From: Lama glama
Lineage: Eukaryota
NCBI GenBank assembly: GCA_028534125.1
Contig: CM052817.1
Span: 16,184,001-16,248,000, forward strand
DNA length: 64,000 nucleotides
Direction: 5' to 3'
Numbering within the stretch: position 1 is the first letter of the stretch; each line of letters opens with the position of its first letter. A program made the position numbers and the translations under genes. This document shows, piece after piece, positions 63,681-64,000 of the stretch. The notes beneath the pieces were generated by a model. It searched no databases. It was given only the letters and a program-made list of their open reading frames with translations, and was not told where the DNA came from.

Positions 63681-64000
63681 CAGGTTTTCCACTAGTCGGT
63701 ACTGTATTATTTTCTCCCAAGTGGGAATCAGAAACTAATGTCAATAGATAAAGAAATGAAGGCAAAAAGGACAACACAAGGCTATCTCTGACTTTTATTT
63801 ATTCACAGCCATCTCCTGCCGTAACCACTATTCCAGAACCCAGAGAGGCACCAATAGAGATGTTCATGGATGGATAGGGAAATATTTGTCAGAAGCTTGT
63901 ACAATGCAAAAATCACCCTCTATCTGCTACATGCAACTTGACTGAAATGACTTAGTCGTAATGTATGATGATGGACATTGTTCTGTATTGTTTAGCTCTG

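Noticed and set aside
1..64000. Naming the host gene
   Set aside because: No constitutive exon or known peptide is recognisable. Many large MIR-rich developmental or neural loci would fit, so any symbol would be a guess.
1..64000. CRISPR array, operon, or intact RT/transposase system
   Set aside because: Mammalian non-coding DNA with no regularly spaced repeat-spacer units; the only RT homology is the broken CR1 fossils.

Overview
This is 64 kb of placental-mammal DNA, most likely camelid (alpaca/llama/camel), judged from two Vic-1-type tRNA-derived SINE copies and the absence of Alu, B1, Bov-tA, PRE-1 or Can-SINE elements. I recognise no complete protein-coding gene, RNA gene or prokaryotic-type system, and the six-frame ORFs are noise or repeat-derived. 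The window reads as the interior of a very large intron. It is rich in ancient repeats (many MIR and L2, two CR1/L3 LINE fossils, MaLR and ERV1 LTRs, hAT/Tigger MITEs) separated by repeat-free blocks that look like conserved non-coding elements. The larger L1 pieces and most LTRs lie on the + strand, which suggests a minus-strand host gene. The main leads are: (1) several candidate minus-strand alternative first exons that all end in codon phase 2, best at 62645-62691 (MDVKVVCFPLDLTKE) and 28823-28839 (MHFHV, downstream of a full CRE); (2) a long CR1 ORF2/reverse-transcriptase fossil at about 57.8-61.9 kb whose motifs are still readable and which the ORF track misses; (3) nested and young transposon insertions with target-site duplications. 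Repeat family names come from my recollection of consensus motifs, not from a search, and old-repeat boundaries are approximate. The host gene cannot be named from this window.
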